Origin: a virus | Length of the DNA: 64,000 bases | Strand: one strand, 5' to 3' | Virus record (IMG/VR): IMGVR_UViG_3300025853_000041 | Location: 32,001 to 96,000 of that record | Part shown: piece after piece, positions 17,501-26,800 of the stretch | How positions within the stretch are numbered: position 1 is the stretch's first letter | Layout: each line of letters starts with the position of its first letter | The notes under the pieces: generated by a model | Database searches by the model: none | Told to the model about the DNA's origin: nothing | What the model saw: the letters and a program-made list of their open reading frames with translations, nothing else | Translations under genes and position numbers: made by a program

Positions 17501-20434
17501 GGTTCATCCTTATTTGTTTCATCAGGTATCAGAAGAGATGCTTTGGTAAGAGCTTATTATGATGAGTATGATAAAGGACTTAGAGAAACTTTATTAGATG
17601 ATTGGATAAACTATGAGTATATTGATTTACCTTGTGATAGAGGTGGGAGCAATAAGTGTCATACCCCTGAAGATGATGAGATAGAGTGGGCTGCTGACTG
17701 TGTAACAGACATGTGGTTTGAATCTCAGGTTAACATATCTTTAAGATATGGAATGAGTTCAAGACCTTCTACATTCTTAGCTGCTCCAGGTAAAATAGAA
17801 TCTGGAAATGATTTCTTAGAACGACACTATGAACATTTTGATATCTATAAACAAAGAGATGTATCTATTTATCCTTTTACAAAATTAGATTCTCATATAA
17901 TGGAGAAACTTATAACATTCAATCCTGAAAGAGAAGACAGTAAAGAGTATATAGGACACCCATTAGGAGAGTGGTATAAGATAAACCCTGATTATAAAAG
18001 AACTAACAAAGAGAAAGTGTTTTTTCACTTACCTCTTGAATATGACTGTTGTTCAGAGTGCCAAGAAGATTTTCCTCATAGGATTAATTACTCACAACAA
18101 TCTTATCAAGAAGAACTTACTGATAATTTTAGAGTGTTTTTACCTAATAATTATAGAGACATAGAGGGAGAGACAGGGCAAATTACAGATTTGTTCAGAA
18201 TTAAAAATAATATATACATACACACTGAAGAAGGATTGTGGCACCAACCTCAAAACTTTCAAGAGAGAGTTACTGGAGATATTGTATCCTTTCTTGGTAC
18301 AGGAGAATATTTTAGTACTCCTCCAAGAAAAATATTAGATGATAATAAAGCATCAGGTGGTTCAAGGCATAAAGATGCAACTATTAAAACTAAACATGGT
18401 GTATTCTTTCCTTCTGAAAATGAAGGGAAAGTATATGTTTTTGATGGTAATGAGTTGAAACCTATTAGTGACCTGGGACTCAACTCCTGGTTCTCTGAAA
18501 ATGGTAAAATTCAATTGCTTTCAGATTATTATGAGACTACTGGAAGACCTTATCCTTATGATAGTAATCCTTCTAATGTAGCAGGAGTAGGGTATGTAGC
18601 AGTTTATGATAGTTTAAAGGAAAGATATATTCTTACAAAACAAGACAGAATTCTTGCTGATACAATCACAGGAGACACTGAGATATGTGTAGATAACAAT
18701 GGTAATACAATTTTGATAGCAGACTATCAAGCAACTATTGATACTTATGAAGGTAATGGATGGACATTTTTAGGTCTTGAAAACTGTCAACTAAAATTTG
18801 AAAAAATTACTTATACAACTGAAACAATAACAGGAGAAGTAACAGCAGAAGAACCTTTACCTAATGATGTAGATATTCATGTATTCTATGATACTTCAGG
18901 TTCTTTTGATGCAGCAGGGTTAGCTCAGTTACATGCAACTGTTGATGCTTGGGTAGCTAATTATGGTGCTAGTAATCCTGATTGGATTGGTAATGTATAT
19001 GAATATGATGATGCTACTGAGCAATGGCTTAAGTATGCTGACATTATGGAGAGCACTACATACTTTGGTCAAGACCTTAGTACTAAGAATGTGCTAGTTG
19101 TTTCATTTTGTAATGAAGCTCAGGGAACTCAGGGTGATGGACCTTACCATGGAGTAGGACCAGTTGACAATCCTCTACCTGCTGTGGAAGCAACTTTTAC
19201 TGCTGACTATAATAATTTTACAGAAATTACATACCCTAAGTACTTATCCTTTATAGGTATTCATTATCCTGTTGTATTTGGACCAGGTACTCCATCTAGT
19301 GATTTAACTAGTTCAAGAAACTTTGTATTACATTCATTAGCAGCATTAAAAGGAGTTCCTTATACTTTAGCTGAAGTAAATGCTTTAAGTGAGAATTTAG
19401 GTTTTGATACTGGAGAATGGGCAACTTTAAAAGCTTCTTTACAAGGGGCTAATCCTTATCCTAACAATGGTTTAGAAAATTTTGGTTGGCTGGTACAGGA
19501 AGATAGATATGTCTCAGCAGCAGGCAGTATAATCACTCCTGCACAGTTTCAAGAGGACATCACAGCTCTATTAGAAGGAAGTAATACTACAACAGTTACA
19601 GAAACTGTGGTAGAGGTTCAAGTTCCTGTTCTTAATACAGAATTTGTATCTGGAGTTGTAGGAGACATAACTAAAGCTGATAATTCGTGGACTATGAGTT
19701 TCAACTTAAAGAAAAGTTCTTGGACTTCTTGGCACTCCTATATACCAAACTTCTTTATGCATATTGCAGATAAATTTTGGAGTTGGAAAATTGGTAAGAA
19801 GGCAACAGAGAAAGTTGCAGAAGAACAAAATGTATTTTGGAAGCATAATAAGAAAGGACATTATCAAAATTTCTATGGAGAAAGACATCCTTTTACAGTA
19901 GAGTATGTGTCTATGGAAGATAAACTCAAAACAAAAATTACAGATGATATTCTTTTATATACTGAAGCAAGGAAATATAATTCTGCTATGAAGCAATATT
20001 TTGACCAAAAAGATGTCACTTTTAATAAGGCTATTTTCTATAATTCAAGTCAATGTACTGGAGAGGTTACGTTAAAAGTTAAAGATGGACCTTCATTAGA
20101 CGATAAAAATTATCTTCTTGACCAGGTAATTGATATCTCTGCAGGCACTATTATTATTGATAAAAATGAAAGAGACTGGTCTATAAACGACTTAAGAGAT
20201 ATAAGAGTAGATATTGACCAACCTATATGGGATGCTGATATAATGTCACGCCAATCTGAATATTATACAGATAAAATATTAAATGTTTCATCTTTGGATG
20301 AAAATAAAGATTGGACTGAATTAGAAAGTTTAAGGGATAAATATTTGGTAGTTAGATTAATATTTGATACTTTTGACGATGTCAAGTTGATATTGAACTA
20401 TTCCATTGATTCTCAGACAGATTCCCAAAGGTAA
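14594..20434 (+). CDS. Tail stabilisation/muzzle protein (P22 gp10-like) with inserted domains
   Basis: 1946 aa. N-terminal GLHLD...YRYALNAV...SNEESN and IYWVDG, FPHRINYS...FLPNNYRDI, C-terminal WTMSF...WTSWHSYIP and LRDKYLVVRL, as in crAss-like Tstab. Confidence 0.75.
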   Translation: MAKKITETGIGLHLDSAIVERPKGTYRYALNAVMETDLGDISLLSNEESNEPCAYLPQGYTPLGKVYIGDNRTAIFSKSADGLLDEIGILDNACTYTTHVNGDLGFSINHQIDATYRLRRGCETTIYWVDGKNNKPMYYVFEKPQQFKDGAGDWLKTKFELQRSYRKVPKFEDVILQNSGGALPPGSYNIAVQYLDENLNPTEWIATSEVIICYGDDTTEAYLEIEGEINIAEGADVEDYRTFGDTDKSIKVVMDNLDETFLYYRLAFIGANNGSGQINEIHFTEKLPTQNNIFIYTGTNFETEGTLEEIAEFNSIIESAGSIEQADNILILGNTQGKQINYCNLQRYASRINTDLVTKKVFTNQMVDEANPKYPTARFNGVGYQPGEIYSLGVVYVFGDGTQTPVYHIPGKNPTILDSGLNNVSQDFVFAPGENVYPMSPDNESLNSVYSDNDTCSNSDYWGTDSIGDALKFSKVRHHRFPKRSELGIDFVNVETVIGGDTTFYQVSLNITGNLVTNWICDEAGVTAGTCSVVGEQVPMPTFQARVTFDVDGVTDYLIVNINPSDYIESGLTTAINITEYSDYYTTPLITITNIEESLDDGTSASIGVSSGTGDAEHGLLSYQAASGTAVFTAETKIYSTQIYGLKFSNIELPPTSVTNGEKIIGYYIVRNERTEEEKTILDTAVLTPSTINEKYIAHGLLYPEFGTLDRKISDRVFGLISPEFLFEGKKYPEFTSLKQEGRFSVIDRLKSKSRYLDITDGSSYDSSVHKSGGGKDKDGWSIKAITRDNITEFEKVYDDFNLVQDDVEDIFYLDALQSRDIEDDSFSVFNIAGDNKVGILQLKEDTSAVIDNTLPYVYLERPIADSYSTFRSLPYYKVSQNLHEFYLADGETYDPASAEATLFNGDTYITALRYLNTVWWDNRVAKRAGRTSVWDYIIGAILLVIGTILLIFGGSGALVIGAGIAIIGGSSLFVSSGIRRDALVRAYYDEYDKGLRETLLDDWINYEYIDLPCDRGGSNKCHTPEDDEIEWAADCVTDMWFESQVNISLRYGMSSRPSTFLAAPGKIESGNDFLERHYEHFDIYKQRDVSIYPFTKLDSHIMEKLITFNPEREDSKEYIGHPLGEWYKINPDYKRTNKEKVFFHLPLEYDCCSECQEDFPHRINYSQQSYQEELTDNFRVFLPNNYRDIEGETGQITDLFRIKNNIYIHTEEGLWHQPQNFQERVTGDIVSFLGTGEYFSTPPRKILDDNKASGGSRHKDATIKTKHGVFFPSENEGKVYVFDGNELKPISDLGLNSWFSENGKIQLLSDYYETTGRPYPYDSNPSNVAGVGYVAVYDSLKERYILTKQDRILADTITGDTEICVDNNGNTILIADYQATIDTYEGNGWTFLGLENCQLKFEKITYTTETITGEVTAEEPLPNDVDIHVFYDTSGSFDAAGLAQLHATVDAWVANYGASNPDWIGNVYEYDDATEQWLKYADIMESTTYFGQDLSTKNVLVVSFCNEAQGTQGDGPYHGVGPVDNPLPAVEATFTADYNNFTEITYPKYLSFIGIHYPVVFGPGTPSSDLTSSRNFVLHSLAALKGVPYTLAEVNALSENLGFDTGEWATLKASLQGANPYPNNGLENFGWLVQEDRYVSAAGSIITPAQFQEDITALLEGSNTTTVTETVVEVQVPVLNTEFVSGVVGDITKADNSWTMSFNLKKSSWTSWHSYIPNFFMHIADKFWSWKIGKKATEKVAEEQNVFWKHNKKGHYQNFYGERHPFTVEYVSMEDKLKTKITDDILLYTEARKYNSAMKQYFDQKDVTFNKAIFYNSSQCTGEVTLKVKDGPSLDDKNYLLDQVIDISAGTIIIDKNERDWSINDLRDIRVDIDQPIWDADIMSRQSEYYTDKILNVSSLDENKDWTELESLRDKYLVVRLIFDTFDDVKLILNYSIDSQTDSQR

Positions 20435-20462
20435 AGTTTTAAATTAATTAATTAAGATAAAT

Positions 20463-21974
20463 ATGAAAAAGAAAAAAGTTAAGAAATATCAATTGGGAAC
20501 AGGAAAAAATGGTGTTGTAAGACATTATATTGAAAGTCCTGCTGAAACTATGGTAGAAAATGATATCATGATGGCAAAAGCAAAAGCTGAAGCTGCTGAC
20601 AATCAGTGGGCTAAAGGTTTAGACTTGTTTGGGAATATGGCAATCCAATATGGAATGTCTCAAGCAGGAGGCTTAGGTGGTGTTGGACAAGGAATAGGAG
20701 AAGGAATGGGAAATATATTTGGAGGAAACAACACAAAAGGTATGATGGAAATACCAGGAGCAGTGGTTAGTAGAGCAGCTTTTGGAGGAACAGCAGGAGA
20801 AGTGCCAGTGGAAGTTGAAGGAGATGAGGTAGCAGAGTTGCCTGATGGTGGACTAATTGATTTTGAAGGTCCTTCACATGAAGATGGTGGTATAAATACA
20901 AATTTACCAGAAGGAACAGATATTTTTTCTAAGAGGATTAAAGTGAGTGGAAAAACAATGGCTGAGAGAAGATTAGCCAGAATGAAGAAGGAAAAAACTT
21001 TAACAGACCTATTAAAAGGGTCAAATTCTCATGATGTGGTTCTTAATCAAACTCTAAAAAGAACACAAGAAAACAACGCTATGGAACAAGAAAAAGATAA
21101 AAGATTACAACATGTGGTAAAACTATTACATGGAATGACAACTGCTAAAGTCAACCCAGGAACCCCTCAAGAAGCTAGTTTTGGTACATTCTTTAAAGGA
21201 CTTTTTGGTGATTCAGAAACAGGAGAAAAAGGAAGTCTGAATTTCACAGGAGGAGATTTAGTAGGTTTGGCTGGTACATTGTATTCAGCATTTGAACCTA
21301 TGAAAAACACACAAGAACAAAGAGCAGGAGATACTCCTAATATAAATGCTTTTAAAGATTTTGGTGTGGACGCTTTAGATACAATGGAGTCAGCAAAAAG
21401 TTATATAGGAAGTGTACAAGATAATGCTTTACAAGATATTGAATCTAGTAGAACTAAAGCTACTCTACAAAACAGACAATCAGCAAGAGGTGTAAATGTT
21501 ATGAGAGCATTAGACACAGCTACTCAACTTAATGCTGACAAAGCAAAAGGGGATATCTATGATAAGTTTGCCACACAAATGATGAACATGCTTACAAGAC
21601 AAGCAGGTTTAGAGAATGAGCAAGATTTACAAGTAATGACAGGAGAGCAAACTAGAGATGATGCTGATAGACGAGACAGAGATAATTACTACTCTCAATT
21701 AGCTAAAGATATTGCAAGTAAAGGACAAGGCATTCAACAAGCAGGAAAAATGCTTAATCAAAATAAAGCAAATACTGTTTCTGAAAATTTACTTAATCAA
21801 ACTTCAAAAAATTATAGAGTTGATAGTAATGGTAATATCCTTCTTAAAAGTGGAGATAGAGAAATGAGTGTAGAAGAAAGTTTAGCTTATGCACAATCAT
21901 TAGGTTTTAAGACAGTAGAAGCATACCTTGAAAGTCTTTTACCTGGTGCAACAACTGAAAAAACAACTGATTAA
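20463..21974 (+). CDS. Cargo/ejection protein 1
   Basis: VEVEGDE...GPSHEDGG...IFSKR motif, Gly-rich amphipathic segments, coiled coils and no Cys; follows Tstab. Confidence 0.6.
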   Translation: MKKKKVKKYQLGTGKNGVVRHYIESPAETMVENDIMMAKAKAEAADNQWAKGLDLFGNMAIQYGMSQAGGLGGVGQGIGEGMGNIFGGNNTKGMMEIPGAVVSRAAFGGTAGEVPVEVEGDEVAELPDGGLIDFEGPSHEDGGINTNLPEGTDIFSKRIKVSGKTMAERRLARMKKEKTLTDLLKGSNSHDVVLNQTLKRTQENNAMEQEKDKRLQHVVKLLHGMTTAKVNPGTPQEASFGTFFKGLFGDSETGEKGSLNFTGGDLVGLAGTLYSAFEPMKNTQEQRAGDTPNINAFKDFGVDALDTMESAKSYIGSVQDNALQDIESSRTKATLQNRQSARGVNVMRALDTATQLNADKAKGDIYDKFATQMMNMLTRQAGLENEQDLQVMTGEQTRDDADRRDRDNYYSQLAKDIASKGQGIQQAGKMLNQNKANTVSENLLNQTSKNYRVDSNGNILLKSGDREMSVEESLAYAQSLGFKTVEAYLESLLPGATTEKTTD

Positions 21975-21976
21975 TT

Positions 21977-23833
21977 ATGGGAAGATACTATGAAACTGCT
22001 AAACCTACCTTTGTAGATGATATTATTTACAAAGCACCTTATGAACTAATTGCAAGAGCTTTACAAACTAAAGACCTACAAGTAGAACAAGATAATGCTA
22101 CCATTGATGAATTTGATGTGTTAGGTGAAGATAAAAAATATACTGAGAAAGACAAAGAGAAAAGAAATGCTATTCTCAATGAATATAGAGCAGAGGCTGA
22201 TAAAATAGCTCAGCAAATTCAAGCTAACCCTCAGCATAGAAGTGCTTATATGAGGCAAATTGATGCTGCTAAAAGAAAGTTTGAAAAAGAAATTAGCACT
22301 GGATTCTTAGAGGCTGCAGACAGAAATTATAGTTTACGAGAAGCTGAAAGAAAGAAAATAGAGGCTAGAACTGATATAGGTGCAGAACAAAAAGCTGTTG
22401 CCCTTGCTCAATTGGACCACCTATTTAAAGGGTCTGATGCTGAGGAAGACAATGTTTATCAAGAAGGTATGCATATATATGAGAAGTTAGATGAAGAGAA
22501 ATTCATTAAAGATAAGAAAGCTGTAATCACAGCTAACTCTATAAAAACAAAAACTAATAGAACTGATGGTTGGTATTTTACAACTGATACAGGAGACAGA
22601 AAATTTATTGAGGAGGATAAACTAGACGATATCTTTGAAAATTCTACTGGTGTAGGTAAATGGGAGAAAGCTTTGTTGCAAAGACTAGATTGGCAAGTTG
22701 ACCAAGGAGTTATTACACCTGAAGAAAGAGATAGAACTTTCTATGAATCAAGAGAAACATTTAAACAAGATTTTATTAAGTCTTTAGAATTTGAACAAAA
22801 AGATACAGCAGAAAATATTTTATCCAAAGATGGTACTGCTGCTCAAAGACAAAGTCTTTCTATGGCTTGGGGTAGATATAATAAAGAAATGGATGAAATA
22901 GAAGATACAGGACAAGTTACTATTGATAGAGATATGATTCCTGTGCCTGAAGAAAATAAAACTGAAACTGATATGGAAGCTACTGCCTATAATGCTTCAG
23001 CTAAAAACTTTAAAAACTCTATTAGAGAAAGATTATTGGCTTCAGGTAATTTTACTACTGAAGTTCCTGTAAGTGGGGATGCACCTCAAACTGAAGCTGC
23101 AACTGCAGGTGTACAGACAGATGAAGAAGCTCTTAATGCAGCAGTAGAGGCTGAGTATAAAGAGACTCTTGACATTTTAGCATTACCTTTAGAGCAAAGA
23201 CGAGATGCTACTAAAAGTATGATTGAAAATGGATACTTACCTTCAGAAATTAATAATCTGATTAACTTTGCTGAGAACAAAAAAGAAGTATATGATGCTG
23301 CTGTTATGACCAGTAAAGAAAAGAAAACATTTAAAGAAGATACTTATAGTCTTATTCCTCCTACTTTAGTGGGACAGGTTACTTTACCTGATGGAACAGT
23401 CAAGAATATGACTAAAGCTGAATTTGAAAAAACAGCAGAGACTTTAATACCTACTAAAAAGACAGTAGAAAAACCTTTATTTGTAGTATCAAATGGAGAG
23501 AAAATTGCTGCTTGGAAAAGCTCCTCAGGTAACTTAATTAAAATTAGAACAGTAGATGGAGAAGATGTTCCTTTATCTGAATATGACCCTAATGGAGAGT
23601 ATGAAGCAGGTAAAAAAGCAGGTACAGAAAAAGCCACAGAAGTTGTTGGAGTTCAAGAAGACTTTGATATTAATAAAATGAGTCTTTCAACAACCAAAAA
23701 ATACAAATCAAATAGTCCACTACAAAGAAAAACTGAGAACCAAAAACTCAACATTCATGTAACAACCTCTGAAGGTCCTATGGTATTTAGAATCAACAGA
23801 ACTAAAGAGGGAGATTACACATCAATAAAATAA
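21977..23833 (+). CDS. Cargo/ejection protein 2
   Basis: 618-aa helical, charged, Cys-free protein between cargo 1 and the vRNAP. Confidence 0.55.
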   Translation: MGRYYETAKPTFVDDIIYKAPYELIARALQTKDLQVEQDNATIDEFDVLGEDKKYTEKDKEKRNAILNEYRAEADKIAQQIQANPQHRSAYMRQIDAAKRKFEKEISTGFLEAADRNYSLREAERKKIEARTDIGAEQKAVALAQLDHLFKGSDAEEDNVYQEGMHIYEKLDEEKFIKDKKAVITANSIKTKTNRTDGWYFTTDTGDRKFIEEDKLDDIFENSTGVGKWEKALLQRLDWQVDQGVITPEERDRTFYESRETFKQDFIKSLEFEQKDTAENILSKDGTAAQRQSLSMAWGRYNKEMDEIEDTGQVTIDRDMIPVPEENKTETDMEATAYNASAKNFKNSIRERLLASGNFTTEVPVSGDAPQTEAATAGVQTDEEALNAAVEAEYKETLDILALPLEQRRDATKSMIENGYLPSEINNLINFAENKKEVYDAAVMTSKEKKTFKEDTYSLIPPTLVGQVTLPDGTVKNMTKAEFEKTAETLIPTKKTVEKPLFVVSNGEKIAAWKSSSGNLIKIRTVDGEDVPLSEYDPNGEYEAGKKAGTEKATEVVGVQEDFDINKMSLSTTKKYKSNSPLQRKTENQKLNIHVTTSEGPMVFRINRTKEGDYTSIK

Positions 23834-23840
23834 AAAATTT

Positions 23841-26800
23841 ATGAACGAAGAAGATATCTTACAACTCAAATTAGCTGGGTACATAGTAGAGAATGGGAAT
23901 ATATTAAGTCCTGAAGGTCAGTTTTTATCTAACGTAGAAGTTAATGGTAAAGCTTACAATTCTCTTGATTCAGAAGAAGATTATAATTATCTTAAAGAAG
24001 CTGAAGAAACTATTTTATCAGATAGAACTGCTGCTGAAGAAGCCAAAAATCAACAAAAAGAAAAGATTACTCAATATGAAGCAAATCCTTTAATTTTTGC
24101 TGACCTTGATGATGTGTCTGATGAGGTGTTTACTGAATATATGGACAAAAAGGCTGAAGATAATGAGCCTGGAGCCTATATGCTTAAAGATGATTTGATT
24201 GCTGAAAAGAAATCAGAAGCTATTCAAGAGGACCTAGTTAATAATTTAGAGACAGGTGAGCCATTAAGTACAAACACAATCTTCACTGAAATTCAAAAAG
24301 ATACTATGTTTCAAGACAAAGGTATTAATTTTGATATTTTAAAAGAAGTATTACCTACTGAGAATAGAATAAAAGAAATTGAAAACGTAGATGAAGATGT
24401 GGACACTATACTAAAAGGTGTCACATCTGAAAAAAAGGATAAAGATAGAAATATTTTTAGCAAGTTAGGAGATTGGATGTGGGATGGCATATATAGTGGT
24501 ATTGCTGCATTGACTCCTGATGGTGTTGGAATGGATGATAAAGACCTTAAAAAAGAGTATGTTGGGTTAAATGAAAAAAGAAAAAATCTTTTAAAACCTG
24601 AGATTGCTAAAATAAGTAATGTCTTAAAAGAAGAATTAGATTTTTACAATAAAGACTATGAAGAAAATTATTCCAATGCTGGTGCTCTATTTGGTAGAGA
24701 AGACCAAGATATTAATAATTATGTTAGACGACAATTACAATCTAAAATAAATTATTTAGACTCTTTTGTTGATGATGCAAATGTTTATAACTTAATCAGT
24801 GAAGAATTTTTAACTGATGTGGGAACACTTGGGTTAAGAGATGCTCATGATGCTGTTAAGTATCGTGCCCATTTAATAGGTAAACTAGAGAATGGAGAAG
24901 AACTAACACCTACTGAACAAAGAGCTGTTGAGAATCTAGGAAGAATAGATTTATTGGGTGGTTTAGATTTAGAACAAAGTACATTATATAATTTAACTTA
25001 TGGTGCAGGACATTCTGTATCTTATTTAGCTGGTGGTGTCTTTGGTAGAATGGCTGGTAAAGTTGTTGGTAAAGGCATTGCCAAAGGTGTTACAGGAGCT
25101 GTTGGGTCTAACTTTGCAAGTAAATTAGCCACTGCAGGTGGTAAGCAAGTTGTAAAAGAGTCTATTGGAAGAACAGTAGGTTTAGTAGGAGATATTGCAA
25201 CTCAAGCTACACTACATACTTCTAATTTAGCAAATACTATTGACAATTATTATGGAACAGTTCATATGGGCTTTGATGAAGATGGTAATAAAGTTCTAGA
25301 AACAGATAGAATGCAATATGAATCTGTTCAAAGAGATATAACTTTATATGAAGATGCATTAAATAGTGGACTTGTTCCTGAAGACCAACTAGAAGCAACA
25401 AAAAGTAATCTAAAATACCTAAAACAAATGTTTAGTGAGATGAAAGAGCCTCAAACAGTTGGAGGTGCTCTGGCTAAATCTTGGACAGGCAACTTTGTTG
25501 AATCTGCTTCAGAGGTGGCAACTCTTAATGTTCTTAAAGGTATTCCTAATAACCTTGTAACTAGAAAACTAACTGAAGGACTTAGAAAAACACCTACTTG
25601 GAAAAATTTAGTTTCAAAGACAAAATCTTTCACAGCAGGACCTACTAATATTCTAAATAAAATAAATAAGCCTTTCCCTAAAACTATGGAAGCTTTGAAC
25701 AGCTTCTCTGGGAATAGATTAGGAAATGTCACTATTGGTGGCAACTTAGAAGAGGCATTAGAAGAAGTTGCAGTACAGGTAGTCCCAGTTTGGGGAGAAA
25801 CTGACAAAGAAGCTGCAGCAAGAAAAGATGAACTACTTCATGGAAGTTTCTATTTCAATGTTTTAGCTCAAGCTCCACTACAAAAAATAATTATGAGCCC
25901 TGTTGGTACTGCCATCAGAGGTAAAAATTATATAAATAGGAAATTAGATGCAGATTACAGACAAACTAAAAAGAATTTCAATGAGTTAATGAAAGACTTA
26001 CAAAAAGGAGGTCTTGAAAAAGAAGAGTTTGATGAAATACTAATGGCTGCAGGAAGTGGAAACTTTAGCCAACTAGAATATAAGAACAAGATTAAGGAGT
26101 TAGATGAAAGAGGTGAAACTGTACAAGCTAATAAGATTCGAGAAAATAGAATCTTTAATGCAGCTTTTATGGCAATGAAACATGGTAAAGGCAAAGAGTT
26201 CATTTCTGCTTTAGAAAAATCTTTAGCTAAGCAACAAGCACCAACTACAATTCCTACACAAAAAGAGGCAGCTACTATTGCTGCAACTATACAGGCTATT
26301 ACTGAAGCAAAAGCTGTTCAAAAAAGTATGAAAAAAGTTGAAGGGCTACCTAATGCTGAATTTATTTTGAACTTAGAATATAATAAAAGAAACTTAGAAA
26401 AGAATAAAGAAGGTATTAGAGCAGAATTGTCTGCTATTGATGCTTCTGAGTTACTAAGTGATGAGCAGAAAGAAGGGCAAAGACTTATGTGGGATGGTCT
26501 TATGGAAGATACAGAAAAAGGTCTTAGGGTTTTAAATAAAAAGATAGAAGGTGAAAAATCACCTACAAAAATAAAAAGATATAAGGATGAGGCTTCTATG
26601 ATGGTGTTTGCAAAACGTCATTTAGAACAACAGAAAAAAGAAGGAGTAGAACAAATGAGCTTAGAGACAGCAATAGAAGAAGCTTATGGTAAGTCTATTT
26701 CTAATTCGAGTAAGAAGAAAGTCCTTAAAACAATGGAAGCAGTAGAAATACTACAAATAGCTCAACAAGAAGCTAAAGAAAAAGCTGCTCCAATAGTAGA

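Noticed and set aside
20368-20375. TACTTTTG match to the Bacteroidota -7 element upstream of cargo gene 1
   Set aside because: It is inside coding sequence, and such 8-mer matches are expected by chance.
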